From Candidatus Sumerlaeia bacterium (GTDB lineage Bacteria > Sumerlaeota > Sumerlaeia > SLMS01 > JANRJK01), in assembly GCA_033764015.1 (NCBI GenBank), contig JANRJK010000002.1, forward strand, positions 160,001 to 224,000: 64,000 nucleotides of DNA. The letters are read 5' to 3'. Of the stretch, positions 29,899-38,607 are shown one piece after another. The first letter of the stretch is position 1, and each line of letters opens with the position of its first letter. A model generated the notes under the pieces. It worked only from the letters and a program-made list of their open reading frames with translations, searched no databases and had not been told where the DNA came from. The translations under genes were made by a program, and so were the position numbers.

Positions 29899-30509
29899 CG
29901 CGCCACCGGCACCGCGCCTCCGCGGAGGTTCGTCCGCGCATCGGCGAATCCCGTGTCGGCGGCTTTCCAGGCGGCATGGCACTCGCCGAACAGCGTCGTA
30001 TCCACACCGAGCCAGAGCGCGATCCGCCCCGCCGCGATCGGCGAGCCGGACAGCGCCCCCAGCGCCGCCTCGCGATCGGCCTCGCGGAGCCGCTTCCGCC
30101 AGACGCGCTCCGTCGGCGCCAGGTCGCCCAGCGCCTCGGACAGCAGCGCGTGCGCCTGCCGGTCGTCCAGCCCCTCGAACCGTTCGAGCCACTCCGGGCG
30201 CAGATGCTCGGCGAAGCACTCCGCCACATGCACCGCGGCGTCGTTGAGCACCAAGGCGGCGCGTTCCACCTCGCGAGCATCCTCTTCGAGGACCCAGTGG
30301 GCCGCCGCCTTGCCGTCGGCGCCGATCAGCGTCCACGGCGGCACGCGGAACCTCGCGGCGCACAGAGGGCACCGCATCTCCCAACTCTCGTCCCGCGCAT
30401 CCCGCCGAAGCACCTCGCCAGGCGTCGCTCGGCGGATCCGGACCGCAAGGCCGTCGCCGCAAGGGCATGGGTAGGGAGTCGTGAGGAAGAGTTCCGCGCG
30501 CCGCGCCAA
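29895..30509 (-). CDS. Hypothetical protein with an N-terminal CPCG...CPLC zinc-binding motif
   Basis: Fills the gap between recQ and the M16 peptidase; convergent stop overlap with recQ. Start uncertain (TTG 30509 after GAAAGG). Confidence 0.55.
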   Translation of the reverse strand: MARRAELFLTTPYPCPCGDGLAVRIRRATPGEVLRRDARDESWEMRCPLCAARFRVPPWTLIGADGKAAAHWVLEEDAREVERAALVLNDAAVHVAECFAEHLRPEWLERFEGLDDRQAHALLSEALGDLAPTERVWRKRLREADREAALGALSGSPIAAGRIALWLGVDTTLFGECHAAWKAADTGFADARTNLRGGAVPVAR

Positions 30510-30701
30510 GGAGTGCCTTTCAAGGGGACCGTTCGACTGGTTGGACAATAGCCTGAAAGGCGGTCCGCTTTGCAAGCCCTGCTTCCAACGGTGCCCGGCG
30601 CCGGTGAAGGGACCGCGCCCCCGCGCGTAAGCCAATCCAGCAGGTGGCGGCGTCCGGGTTCCGGACGCCTCCGCAACGCATCCATCCCCGGAGCACCCCC
30701 G

Positions 30702-33566
30702 ATGCGCCTAAAGGCATCACTCAGGAACGCCCTACCGGTCATCACCGCGGCCGCGGCGATTTTCTCCACTCAACCCGCCCCCGCCGCTCCCCCCGAGCCC
30801 GGTGTCGTGATCGAAGACAAGAAGGGCGCGCTGCCCTACCGGCAGACCACCCTCGAAAACGGCATGCGCATCATCAGCGTCGAGGACTTCTCCGTCCCCA
30901 TCGCCGCTGTGCAGGTGTGGTACGAAGTCGGCTCGAAGAACGAGCGCACGGACCGCAACGGCTTCGCGCACATGTTCGAGCACATGATGTTCCGCGGCAC
31001 CGAGTTCACCGGCTCCAAAGACCACTTCGAATACATCCGCAAGGTCGGCGGCACCAACAACGCCTATACCGCCTTCGACAACACCACCTACATCCAGACC
31101 GTCCCGGCCAACCAGTTGGAAATGATCATCTGGCTCGAGTCGGAGCGGCTCGCGTTCCTCAAGGTGGACGACGAGGCGTTCCAGACGGAGCGCAAGGTCG
31201 TCGAGGAGGAGTTGCGGCTCCGCGCCGAGCAGCCGTTCGGCACAGTGCCGGAGAAGCTGCTCGCGGAAATGTTCGAAGGCTCCCCGTACGCCTGGACCCC
31301 CGGCGGCAGCATCTCGCACTTGCGGCAGGCGCCCACCAGCGAGCTGCAGGAGTTCTGGGAGACCTACTACGTGCCGAACAACGCCACGCTTGTGGTGGTC
31401 GGCGCCGTGAAGCACCGCGAAGTCGAGCGCCTCGCGCGCAAGTACTTCGGTTGGATGCCGCGCTACCCGGACCCGCCGCGCCCCGTCATCGAGACCCCCG
31501 CGCAGGACGGGCCCCGGACGATCACCATCAAGGAGGACAAGGCGCCGGTCACCGTCGTCGGCGTCGGCTACTTCGGCGTCCCCTCCGGCCATGACGACGA
31601 AATGGCGCTCACGATGCTCTCCACGATCCTGGGCGGCGGCGAGTCGAGCCGGCTTTACCGGCGCCTCGTGAACGAGTCGGAGTCCGCGGTCATCGCGGCC
31701 GCCGGCGCATTCTCGCTGCAGGACTCCGGCATCGTCGGCGCCGCCGCCGTGCTGCCCCCGATCGGCGGCGACAAGGAGAAGGCGCGCACCGAGCTGATGG
31801 CCGAGATCGCCCGCATCAAGGACGAAGGCGTCACCGAGGAGGAGCTCGACAAGGCGCGCAACAACATGCTGCGCGACGAGGTCGCCAAGCTCTCCACGGT
31901 CGACTCCAAGGCCTCCGCGATCGGCCAGGCCGCCGTCATCGAGGGCGACATCACCCGCGTGAACAGCAAGATCGACAGCATCCGCGCCGTCACTCGCGAA
32001 GACATCCAGCGCGTCGCCCGCGCCTACATGGTCGACGAGCGCCGCAACGACATCACCATCGAGCCGAACATCGGCGGCTTCCTCCTCGGATCGCTCCTGA
32101 AGCCCAAGGCCCCGGAATCCGAAGTGGTGCCCGTCGTCGCCTCGCCGGAGGGCGCCGAGTACGGCCACGGCAAGCCCGGGCTGGAGCGCCCGGACTTCTA
32201 CGGCGAGAAGCCCCCGATCCGCCGGCCCATCACCAAGGCGGATCTGCTGAAGGCCCGCTCGCGCACGCTCGACAACGGCCTCGAAGTCGTCGTCGTTCCC
32301 GACAACGAAATCCCCTTCGTCACCTACACGCTCGGCATCAAGACCGGCGCCTACGCGGATCCGGCGGACCGCCCCGGCACCGCCTCCATGGCCGCCGGCC
32401 TGCTCACCCGCGGCACGGAGAACTACGGCTACGAGGAACTGGCCGAATTGCTGGACCGCAACGCCATCAGCCTCGGCGGGTCCATGTCCATGGATGTCGG
32501 CTCGGTGAACGCCTCCGCGGTGAAGGACCGCGCGGAGCAGGCGATGGAACTCCTCGCCGAAGTGGTCCGCCGCCCCACCTTCCCGGAGGACGAATTCGAG
32601 AAGGCCGTCAAGCAGGCCCGCACCGGCAAGGCGATCTCCGAGGTCTCCCCCGAGTACCTGGCTGACCAGCAGCTCCGCAAGGTACTCTACGGCGACCATC
32701 CCTACAGCCGCACCGCGGACGGATCGATGAAGGACCTCGACAACCTGACCGCGACCGCGTCGCGCGACTGGTGGACGTCGAACGTGCGCCCCGACACCAC
32801 GGTGCTCTATATCGCGGGCGATGTGACGCGCGCCGAGGCGTACACGCTCGCGGAGCGCTACTTCGGCGATTGGACCGCGGAGGGCGAGGCCCCGACCTAC
32901 ACGATGCCGGGGCTGCCGGAACCCGCCCCGAAGCACATCTACCTTGTCGACACACCCGGCGCCACGCAGTCGCAGATCCGCGCCGCCCACCTGTCGATCA
33001 CCCGCGAGTCGCCGCTCTACTTCGAGACGCGCGTCATCAACCAGGTCTTCGGCGGCGCCTTCGGGGCGCGGCTGAACGAGACGATCCGCGTCCAGAAGGG
33101 CCTCACCTACGGCGCCTTCGGCGGCTTCCAGTCGCAGCGCTTCGCCGGCGCCTTCAGCATCAGCACCTTCTCCAAGACCACCTCCACCGCGGAAGCGGTT
33201 CAGGTCCTCGTGGACGAGGCGGAGCGCCTTCTGGACGAGCCCATCACGCGCGAGGAGATGGAGCTGGCGCAGGGCTACCTGGTCGGCAGCTTCATCGGCG
33301 GCCGCGAAACGCCCCAGGACATCGTCACCGACGAGTGGACGATCGAGTACAACAACCTGCCCCGCGACTACTTCCGCCGCTACCTCCGCGGAGTCGCGTC
33401 GACGACGACGGAGCGCCTCGCGGAAGCCACCCGCGAACTGGTGCAGCCCGACAAGCTCGCCATCGTCGTCGTCGGCGACGCGTCGAAGCTGAAGGCCGAC
33501 CTCGAGAAGGTCGCGCCCGTGACGGTGGTCTCCAAGGACCAGGTGCAGACCGCCATGGCGGACTGA
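30702..33566 (+). CDS. Secreted M16 (pitrilysin/PqqL-like) zinc peptidase, both halves in one chain
   Basis: Signal peptide, inverted zincin motif HMFEH, NAYT, YYVPNNA; second half lacks HxxEH; RLNETIRVQKGLTYG. Confidence 0.93.
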   Translation: MRLKASLRNALPVITAAAAIFSTQPAPAAPPEPGVVIEDKKGALPYRQTTLENGMRIISVEDFSVPIAAVQVWYEVGSKNERTDRNGFAHMFEHMMFRGTEFTGSKDHFEYIRKVGGTNNAYTAFDNTTYIQTVPANQLEMIIWLESERLAFLKVDDEAFQTERKVVEEELRLRAEQPFGTVPEKLLAEMFEGSPYAWTPGGSISHLRQAPTSELQEFWETYYVPNNATLVVVGAVKHREVERLARKYFGWMPRYPDPPRPVIETPAQDGPRTITIKEDKAPVTVVGVGYFGVPSGHDDEMALTMLSTILGGGESSRLYRRLVNESESAVIAAAGAFSLQDSGIVGAAAVLPPIGGDKEKARTELMAEIARIKDEGVTEEELDKARNNMLRDEVAKLSTVDSKASAIGQAAVIEGDITRVNSKIDSIRAVTREDIQRVARAYMVDERRNDITIEPNIGGFLLGSLLKPKAPESEVVPVVASPEGAEYGHGKPGLERPDFYGEKPPIRRPITKADLLKARSRTLDNGLEVVVVPDNEIPFVTYTLGIKTGAYADPADRPGTASMAAGLLTRGTENYGYEELAELLDRNAISLGGSMSMDVGSVNASAVKDRAEQAMELLAEVVRRPTFPEDEFEKAVKQARTGKAISEVSPEYLADQQLRKVLYGDHPYSRTADGSMKDLDNLTATASRDWWTSNVRPDTTVLYIAGDVTRAEAYTLAERYFGDWTAEGEAPTYTMPGLPEPAPKHIYLVDTPGATQSQIRAAHLSITRESPLYFETRVINQVFGGAFGARLNETIRVQKGLTYGAFGGFQSQRFAGAFSISTFSKTTSTAEAVQVLVDEAERLLDEPITREEMELAQGYLVGSFIGGRETPQDIVTDEWTIEYNNLPRDYFRRYLRGVASTTTERLAEATRELVQPDKLAIVVVGDASKLKADLEKVAPVTVVSKDQVQTAMAD

Positions 33567-33591
33567 TCGCCGGCCCACCGCCCATGAAAGA

Positions 33592-33623
33592 CGGCGCGCC
33601 CGGGAGTGATCCCGGGCGCGCCG
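33592..33623. terminator. Bidirectional terminator-like hairpin between the convergent M16 peptidase and clpS
   Basis: CGGCGCGCCCGGGA-GTGA-TCCCGGGCGCGCCG (14-bp stem, GNRA loop). Confidence 0.7.
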
Positions 33624-33653
33624 CGCATTTCCGTGGGTGGGGGAGGGCTAGCC

Positions 33654-33977
33654 TCAGTCCGCTTCGAACACCGCGGCGACCATCGAGCCACTGCTCTCCG
33701 CGACCGCGGGGTCCGGGCCGTAGGTCATGATGCGCTCGCGCCCGATCAGCGCCTCCTCGAGGCCGCATGTCTTGACGATCGCCTCGCCGTTGTAGTCGAC
33801 GTTGTAGGCGACTTGGAAGGCGTCCTCCTGCGACATCGAGAACAGATCCACCATCATCTTGATGACGTACTCGTAGGAATGGGAGTCGTCGTCGAAGAGG
33901 ACGAGGTTGTAAAGGGGATCCCGTTCGGTGAGTTCCTTGGTTTTCTCTTCGGGAAGCGCGACCGCTGATGAAGACAT
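33654..33977 (-). CDS. clpS: ATP-dependent Clp protease adaptor ClpS
   Basis: LYNLVLFDDDSHSYEYVIKMMVDLF..A..VAYNVDYNGEAIV; start set at ATG 33977. Confidence 0.88.
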   Translation of the reverse strand: MSSSAVALPEEKTKELTERDPLYNLVLFDDDSHSYEYVIKMMVDLFSMSQEDAFQVAYNVDYNGEAIVKTCGLEEALIGRERIMTYGPDPAVAESSGSMVAAVFEAD

Positions 33978-34037
33978 GGGGTTGCCGTTTACGGGGACCT
34001 GTTGCGCGCCCGGGCGGGCGGCCACTTCAAGCAGCCA

Positions 34038-34067
34038 AGGGTGCGCTCCGGTCCCCCGGGGTGTCAA
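34038..34067 (-). promoter_or_regulatory. Candidate clpS promoter
   Basis: Minus strand TTGACA-N18-CACCCT. Confidence 0.4.
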
Positions 34068-34189
34068 ACGCAACCCCGCGGCGCAGGCGTCGGCGCGAAT
34101 CGCGGCGGCGCGCGGAAATGTCTTGACCGCACCCCCCGCACCCGTGGACACATTCTGCTTCGCGAGCGCGCAAGCCTCGCCGAGGCTGC

Positions 34190-34265
34190 TGGGGGATGGT
34201 GCAGCTGGTAGCACGTCTGACTCTGGCTCAGAAGGTCGAGGGTTCGAATCCTTCTCCCCCAGCCA
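34190..34265 (+). tRNA. tRNA-Gln (CTG)
   Basis: Acceptor stem TGGGGGA/TCCCCCA, anticodon arm TCTGA-CT-CTG-GC-TCAGA, T loop GGTTCGAATCC, encoded CCA. Confidence 0.97.
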
Positions 34266-34280
34266 ATAGCCTCCCACCGG

Positions 34281-34358
34281 GGTCCCATCGTCTAGCCCGG
34301 TCTAGGACGTCGCCCTCTCACGGCGAAAACAGGGGTTCGAATCCCCTTGGGACTACCA
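34281..34358 (+). tRNA. tRNA-Glu (CTC)
   Basis: Acceptor stem GGTCCCA/TGGGACT, anticodon arm TCGCC-CT-CTC-AC-GGCGA, GGTTCGAATCC, encoded CCA. Confidence 0.97.
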
Positions 34359-34370
34359 TCGAGGAGCTTC

Positions 34371-34401
34371 ACGGGGCGCCCGGCCATGCCGGGCGCCCCG
34401 T
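34371..34401. terminator. Hairpin terminator between the tRNA pair and the convergent methyltransferase gene
   Basis: ACGGGGCGCCCGG-CCATG-CCGGGCGCCCCGT followed by TCCGTTT. Confidence 0.75.
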
Positions 34402-34407
34402 TCCGTT

Positions 34408-36108
34408 TCAGCCCGTCGGCGCTGGCCGCCGCAGCACCAAAAGGTAGTCCTGCGGCCCGTACAGGAATGCGTTCAGCTTCGCGGCATTCGCCCGCTCCGG
34501 TTCACCGGGAGGCGGCGACAGGCGCGCGGCCTCCTCCACCGGATGGATGAAGTGCGTCGCCGCGTGGAGGAATCCGAGCGTTTCACCCAGGAATCGCAGC
34601 AGTTCCGGATCGAGGAAGCGCCGGTGCGTCGGATCCATGAGATACCACCGCAAGCTGTGCAGCGTGCGGGGATTGATCGTTTCGAGGAATAGGTGGCCGC
34701 CCGGTTCAAGCACCCGCAGCGACTCCGCCAGCAGCCCGCGGAGGTCTTCGTCGCCGAGGTGCTCCACGACCTGGAATGCTGTGAGGGCCGCGCAGCTCGC
34801 GGCCGGCTGGAGGCGGAGCCACCCGACCGCGTCGGCGTGGGCGGCCTCCACACCCCGCGCGCCCGCCTCCGCGACCGCGCGGCGGTTCGAGTCCACGCCG
34901 AACCCGCGCCATCCGGCCTTGTTGGCCTCATCGAGAAAGACGCCGTCTCCGCAGCCCAAGTCCACAAGCCGCCGGCCCGCCGCGTCCCCGCAGGCGGCCC
35001 CGATGGCCGCGAGGGACTCGCGCGCCCGCTCCGCGAGCTGCGCGGCGCTGCCGCGGAAGAGGCGCTGCAGCTCCTGGTAGCCGGCTTCGTCGAGCAGCGG
35101 AGTCGGCGCTTCCGAGTCGTTTCTTGACTGTGTCAAGATGTCCGAGGGCGCCGCCAGCGTCAGGCGCTCCTGCACGGCCTGGACGCGCGCTTCGAGCCGG
35201 ACGGCAAGCTCGTGCGCCCTCGCCGCGCGGACGCCCGCGTCCTGCGCCCCGGAGGTGTTCGACTCCAATTGGGCGTTCTGCCGCCCCTGCTCGCGGGCGA
35301 GGGTGTCCGCGGTGTCCGTGATCCGCTGGTGGAGCTGGGCGATCTGCTCCGCGAGCGCGCGGTCGAGCGCCTCGAAGGTCTCGGTGAGCCCGCGGCGGGC
35401 GTCCTTCGCCTCCCAAGCGGCGCGGGCGATGGTCTCCTCCAGCCGGGCGGCGCGCTCCGCCTCCAGTTCCTCCGACTCTACGAACACCCTGCGCTCGAGC
35501 GCATCGCTCCGGTTGCGCAGCTCCGAAGCCTGCCCTGCCAGCTCCCGGTGGGCATGGGCCTGCCTTTCCGCCTCCATCCCGACCCGCTGGTGGATCTCCT
35601 CCGCGACGGCGGCGATGCGCTGCCTCAACTCGGCGGCGCGTCCCTCCATCATCTCCTCGGAGGCGCGACGGGCTGCCGCAACGTCCTGCGCAAGCACCTC
35701 CGCTCCGCCGCGGGTCTCCGCGCTGGCCCTCGCCAACTCGGCATCGAGCGCCGCCAGCAAGGCCTCCGTGCGCGCCTCCGCCGCCAGGGCCCGCGAGCGC
35801 TCCGCGTCCAGTTCGCGGGCCAACTGCGCCACCGCTTCGAGCGTGCCGGCGTTGAAGGTGCTCTGCTTGGCGGAAACCATGCGGAACAGACGCGCCAGCG
35901 CGCGCTTGAAGAATCCGAGCCTCGTGTCCCGCGGCACGCTGGCGACGTCCTGGTGCTGGCTCATCTGGCCGAGCGGTCCGCCCCAGAGGCGCGCCTCCAG
36001 CGGATCCGGGAGCGGCGCTCCCGCGCCATCCCCCGGCGCTCCCGCGCCCCCCTGGCCAAGGCTCGCCTCGACGTTCGACACCAGTTGCTTCGCGTCATAT
36101 CTCGACAT
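34408..36108 (-). CDS. Coiled-coil plus class I SAM methyltransferase (glycan chain-capping type, WbdD/WsaE-like)
   Basis: Long A/E/R/L helical region, then FRGS, VDLGCGDG, GVDSN, FQVVEHL, ETINP..DPTH, YGPQDY; directly downstream of wzt. Confidence 0.75.
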   Translation of the reverse strand: MSRYDAKQLVSNVEASLGQGGAGAPGDGAGAPLPDPLEARLWGGPLGQMSQHQDVASVPRDTRLGFFKRALARLFRMVSAKQSTFNAGTLEAVAQLARELDAERSRALAAEARTEALLAALDAELARASAETRGGAEVLAQDVAAARRASEEMMEGRAAELRQRIAAVAEEIHQRVGMEAERQAHAHRELAGQASELRNRSDALERRVFVESEELEAERAARLEETIARAAWEAKDARRGLTETFEALDRALAEQIAQLHQRITDTADTLAREQGRQNAQLESNTSGAQDAGVRAARAHELAVRLEARVQAVQERLTLAAPSDILTQSRNDSEAPTPLLDEAGYQELQRLFRGSAAQLAERARESLAAIGAACGDAAGRRLVDLGCGDGVFLDEANKAGWRGFGVDSNRRAVAEAGARGVEAAHADAVGWLRLQPAASCAALTAFQVVEHLGDEDLRGLLAESLRVLEPGGHLFLETINPRTLHSLRWYLMDPTHRRFLDPELLRFLGETLGFLHAATHFIHPVEEAARLSPPPGEPERANAAKLNAFLYGPQDYLLVLRRPAPTG

Positions 36109-37807
36109 GGGCCGGCTCCTCCACTCCAAGGCTCTTCATCCACAGGAACGCCACACCAAGCTCGCGCCGGTCGCTCGAGGCGCCGCCGTCGGCGGGCACG
36201 AACGGTGCATCCACCTCGATGCGGAACAGGCGCACCGAGCCCCGCACGTACTCGGGCACATCGCCGATGAGCGCCACCCGCTCGAGTTCCGTCACCACGC
36301 GGGCGACCTCGCCGACGCCCTCAAGGGAAAGCACAACGCGTGTTTCCGCGATGCCGGCCGCGCGGCGCCCCGACAGATCCAGCTCGAGGCAGACCCTCGC
36401 GCCGGCGGGTCGAAAGGCGAACAGCGCTTCGGAGGCGGTCCAGCGCTGCCAGCCCGCGCCTGTGCGCTCCGCATGGTAGAAGCCCGCCAGGAAGGGAGAC
36501 GGCGCTGCTCCCTCCGGCCCCAGGTCGCCCGCCAACTCCGCGAACGCCTCGTCGAGGCTCTGCTGCCACTCCGCCGAGCCCGCCTTGCGCACGCGGGCGG
36601 ATACTTCCGCGGGCAGCAGTGCGACGCCCTTCCAGTCCGGCTCGCGGTCGTGGCGCACGTGCAGCGCCGCCGCTCGGTCGGACCACTCGTAACACTGCTC
36701 CAAGTGGTCGCGGTCCGCATGCACCGCGGCGGTGATGCTGTAGTCGCCGTAGCCGAGGTTCACGGCAATGCGGAACTCCACCTCGAGCATGTCGCCCGGC
36801 GCGAGCGCAGGAACCGCGACGCCCTTCAGGAACGTGTTGGTTCCGAAGACGTCCATGCCGAGGCGGTCGCGAAGCAGGATCCCGACCGTCGGCGCGGGCA
36901 CCTTGGAGAAGGCGTCCACGGTGACGCGGATCGTGGCGGTCTCGCCGGGCACGACGATCTCGCTGCGGAAGCCGCGGCTGTTGAGGACCTCGACGGACCG
37001 GATGGCGGCCTGGAAGGTGCCGCTGCGGCGGCGGCCGCGCGCCTCCGCGGCGCCCGCCCGGTACAGCTTCATCTCCGCGTTTCCCTGCCCCTGGCGTGCG
37101 ATTAGCGCGTTGTACTCGTCCAGCACGTCGCCCGGCTCGCCCTCCGAAAGCACCATCCCCTCGTCCAGCAGCACCGCCGCGTCGCACAGCGTCAGCACCG
37201 CGCCCGGATCGTGGCTCACGAAGAGGATCGTCGCGCCCGCGTCGCGGAACTCGCGGATGCGGCGCACGCACTTCTGGGAGAACCGCGCGTCGCCCACCGA
37301 CAGCGCCTCGTCCACGATCAGCACCTGCGGCTCCATCGCGGAGGCCACCGCGAACGCGAGCCGCATCTGCATGCCGCTGGAGTACGTGCGCAACGGCTGG
37401 TCGATGAAGTAGCCGAGCTCCGAGAAGGCCACAATGTCCTCCTCGCGCGCCAAGACCTCGTCGAGCGACATACCGAGGAACTGTCCGTTGATGCGGATGT
37501 TCTCGCGCCCGGAGAACTCGGGGTGGAAGCCCATGCCGAGCTCCAGGAGCGCTGCGACGCGCCCCTCCACGGATATCTCGCCCGAGGTGGGTATCAGCGT
37601 CCCGGTGATCAGCTTGAGGAGCGTGCTCTTCCCGGCGCCGTTCTGCCCGACGATGCCGACGGTCTTGCCACGCGGCACCACTAGGTTCACGTCGCGCAGC
37701 GCCCAGAACTCCGTGGCCTCGCCCCGCAGCCCCAGCATCGAGCGGAGCCGCGCGCCGGGGGAGCGGTGCAGCCGGAAGCGCTTCGAGACGCGGTCGAGCC
37801 GGATCAC
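36095..37807 (-). CDS. wzt: Polysaccharide ABC exporter ATPase Wzt with Wzt_C domain and an additional C-terminal domain
   Basis: FWALRDVN, GQNGAGKST, ALLELGMGFHPEFSGREN, YSSGMQMRLAF, DEALSVGDARF, FVSHD; Wzt_C motif GILLRDRLGMDVFGTNT. Confidence 0.9.
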   Translation of the reverse strand: MIRLDRVSKRFRLHRSPGARLRSMLGLRGEATEFWALRDVNLVVPRGKTVGIVGQNGAGKSTLLKLITGTLIPTSGEISVEGRVAALLELGMGFHPEFSGRENIRINGQFLGMSLDEVLAREEDIVAFSELGYFIDQPLRTYSSGMQMRLAFAVASAMEPQVLIVDEALSVGDARFSQKCVRRIREFRDAGATILFVSHDPGAVLTLCDAAVLLDEGMVLSEGEPGDVLDEYNALIARQGQGNAEMKLYRAGAAEARGRRRSGTFQAAIRSVEVLNSRGFRSEIVVPGETATIRVTVDAFSKVPAPTVGILLRDRLGMDVFGTNTFLKGVAVPALAPGDMLEVEFRIAVNLGYGDYSITAAVHADRDHLEQCYEWSDRAAALHVRHDREPDWKGVALLPAEVSARVRKAGSAEWQQSLDEAFAELAGDLGPEGAAPSPFLAGFYHAERTGAGWQRWTASEALFAFRPAGARVCLELDLSGRRAAGIAETRVVLSLEGVGEVARVVTELERVALIGDVPEYVRGSVRLFRIEVDAPFVPADGGASSDRRELGVAFLWMKSLGVEEPAHVEI

Positions 37808-38607
37808 GCCGCGCCCTCCCGGAGCGCCCGCAGCGCGGCCGCGGGGTCGGCGGCGCGGAGCAGCGATTCGCCCACCAGCAGCGCCCGCGCGCCGGCCGCG
37901 CGCATCCGCGCCGCGTCCGCCGCCGTCGCGATGCCGCTTTCCGCCACCAGCAGGCCCGATAGCCGGGCCCCCGCCGGGGCCAGCTCCTCGAAGATCGACA
38001 GCCGCGTCTCCTGCAGTTTCAGGTCCCGGTTGTTGATCCCCAGCAGCAGTTCCGGGATCGCCGCTTCCTTGACTAAGTCGAGCTCGTCCGCGGTGTGCAC
38101 CTCCGCGAGCGCCTCCATCCCGATGGAGCGGGCGAGCGCGGCGAACGTGGAAAGCTCGCGCGGCCCGAGCACGCCGGCGATCAGCAGCACCGCGTCGGCG
38201 CCCCAGGCGCGAGCCTCCAGCACCTGGTACTCCGAGACGACGAACTCCTTGCGCAGCACCGGCAGCGGCACCGCCGCCCGCACTTCCGCGAGCATATCGA
38301 GCGAGCCGCCGAAATCCTCCGAATCGGTGAGGATCGAGAGCGCCGCGGCGCCGCCGGCGCGGTACGCCTCCGCCACCTCGACCGGGGCGAGGTCGGGGCG
38401 GATCGGCCCCGCGCTCGGGCTGCGGCGCTTCAGTTCGGCCACAACCGCGATCCCTTCCGCCGACTCGAGCGCGGCGCGGAAGGGGCGCGGCGGGGGGGCG
38501 TCCGCGATCCTCGCGCGCAGCTCCCCCTCCGGCACCGCGCGGAGCGCCGCCGCCACCTCGACGCGCTTGCGGACGATGATGCGGTCCAGCACCGTCGGCG
38601 CGCTCAC
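37804..38607 (-). CDS. trpC: Indole-3-glycerol phosphate synthase
   Basis: AELKRRSPSAG, LSILTD, PVLRKEF, GADAVLLI, EVH, GINNRDL, AESGI, LVGESL; GTGA overlaps at both ends. Confidence 0.96.
   Translation of the reverse strand: MSAPTVLDRIIVRKRVEVAAALRAVPEGELRARIADAPPPRPFRAALESAEGIAVVAELKRRSPSAGPIRPDLAPVEVAEAYRAGGAAALSILTDSEDFGGSLDMLAEVRAAVPLPVLRKEFVVSEYQVLEARAWGADAVLLIAGVLGPRELSTFAALARSIGMEALAEVHTADELDLVKEAAIPELLLGINNRDLKLQETRLSIFEELAPAGARLSGLLVAESGIATAADAARMRAAGARALLVGESLLRAADPAAALRALREGAA

Noticed and set aside
27697..30509. RecQ plus zinc-ribbon protein as an anti-phage defence module
   Set aside because: RecQ has the standard housekeeping architecture, the partner is convergent rather than co-transcribed, and no nuclease, DprA or PRTase partner is present.
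30732..33578. Very long antisense or alternate-frame ORFs (948 aa here; also 18755-20896, 47227-49101, 52470-53855 and many Arg/Pro/Ala-rich ORFs)
   Set aside because: Expected from high GC and codon bias. They overlap clearly identified genes and carry no motifs.
34190..37807. Genomic island integrated at tRNA-Glu carrying wzt and the methyltransferase
   Set aside because: No integrase, no duplicated tRNA 3' end seen, composition like the flanks, and the genes are coupled to trpDC.
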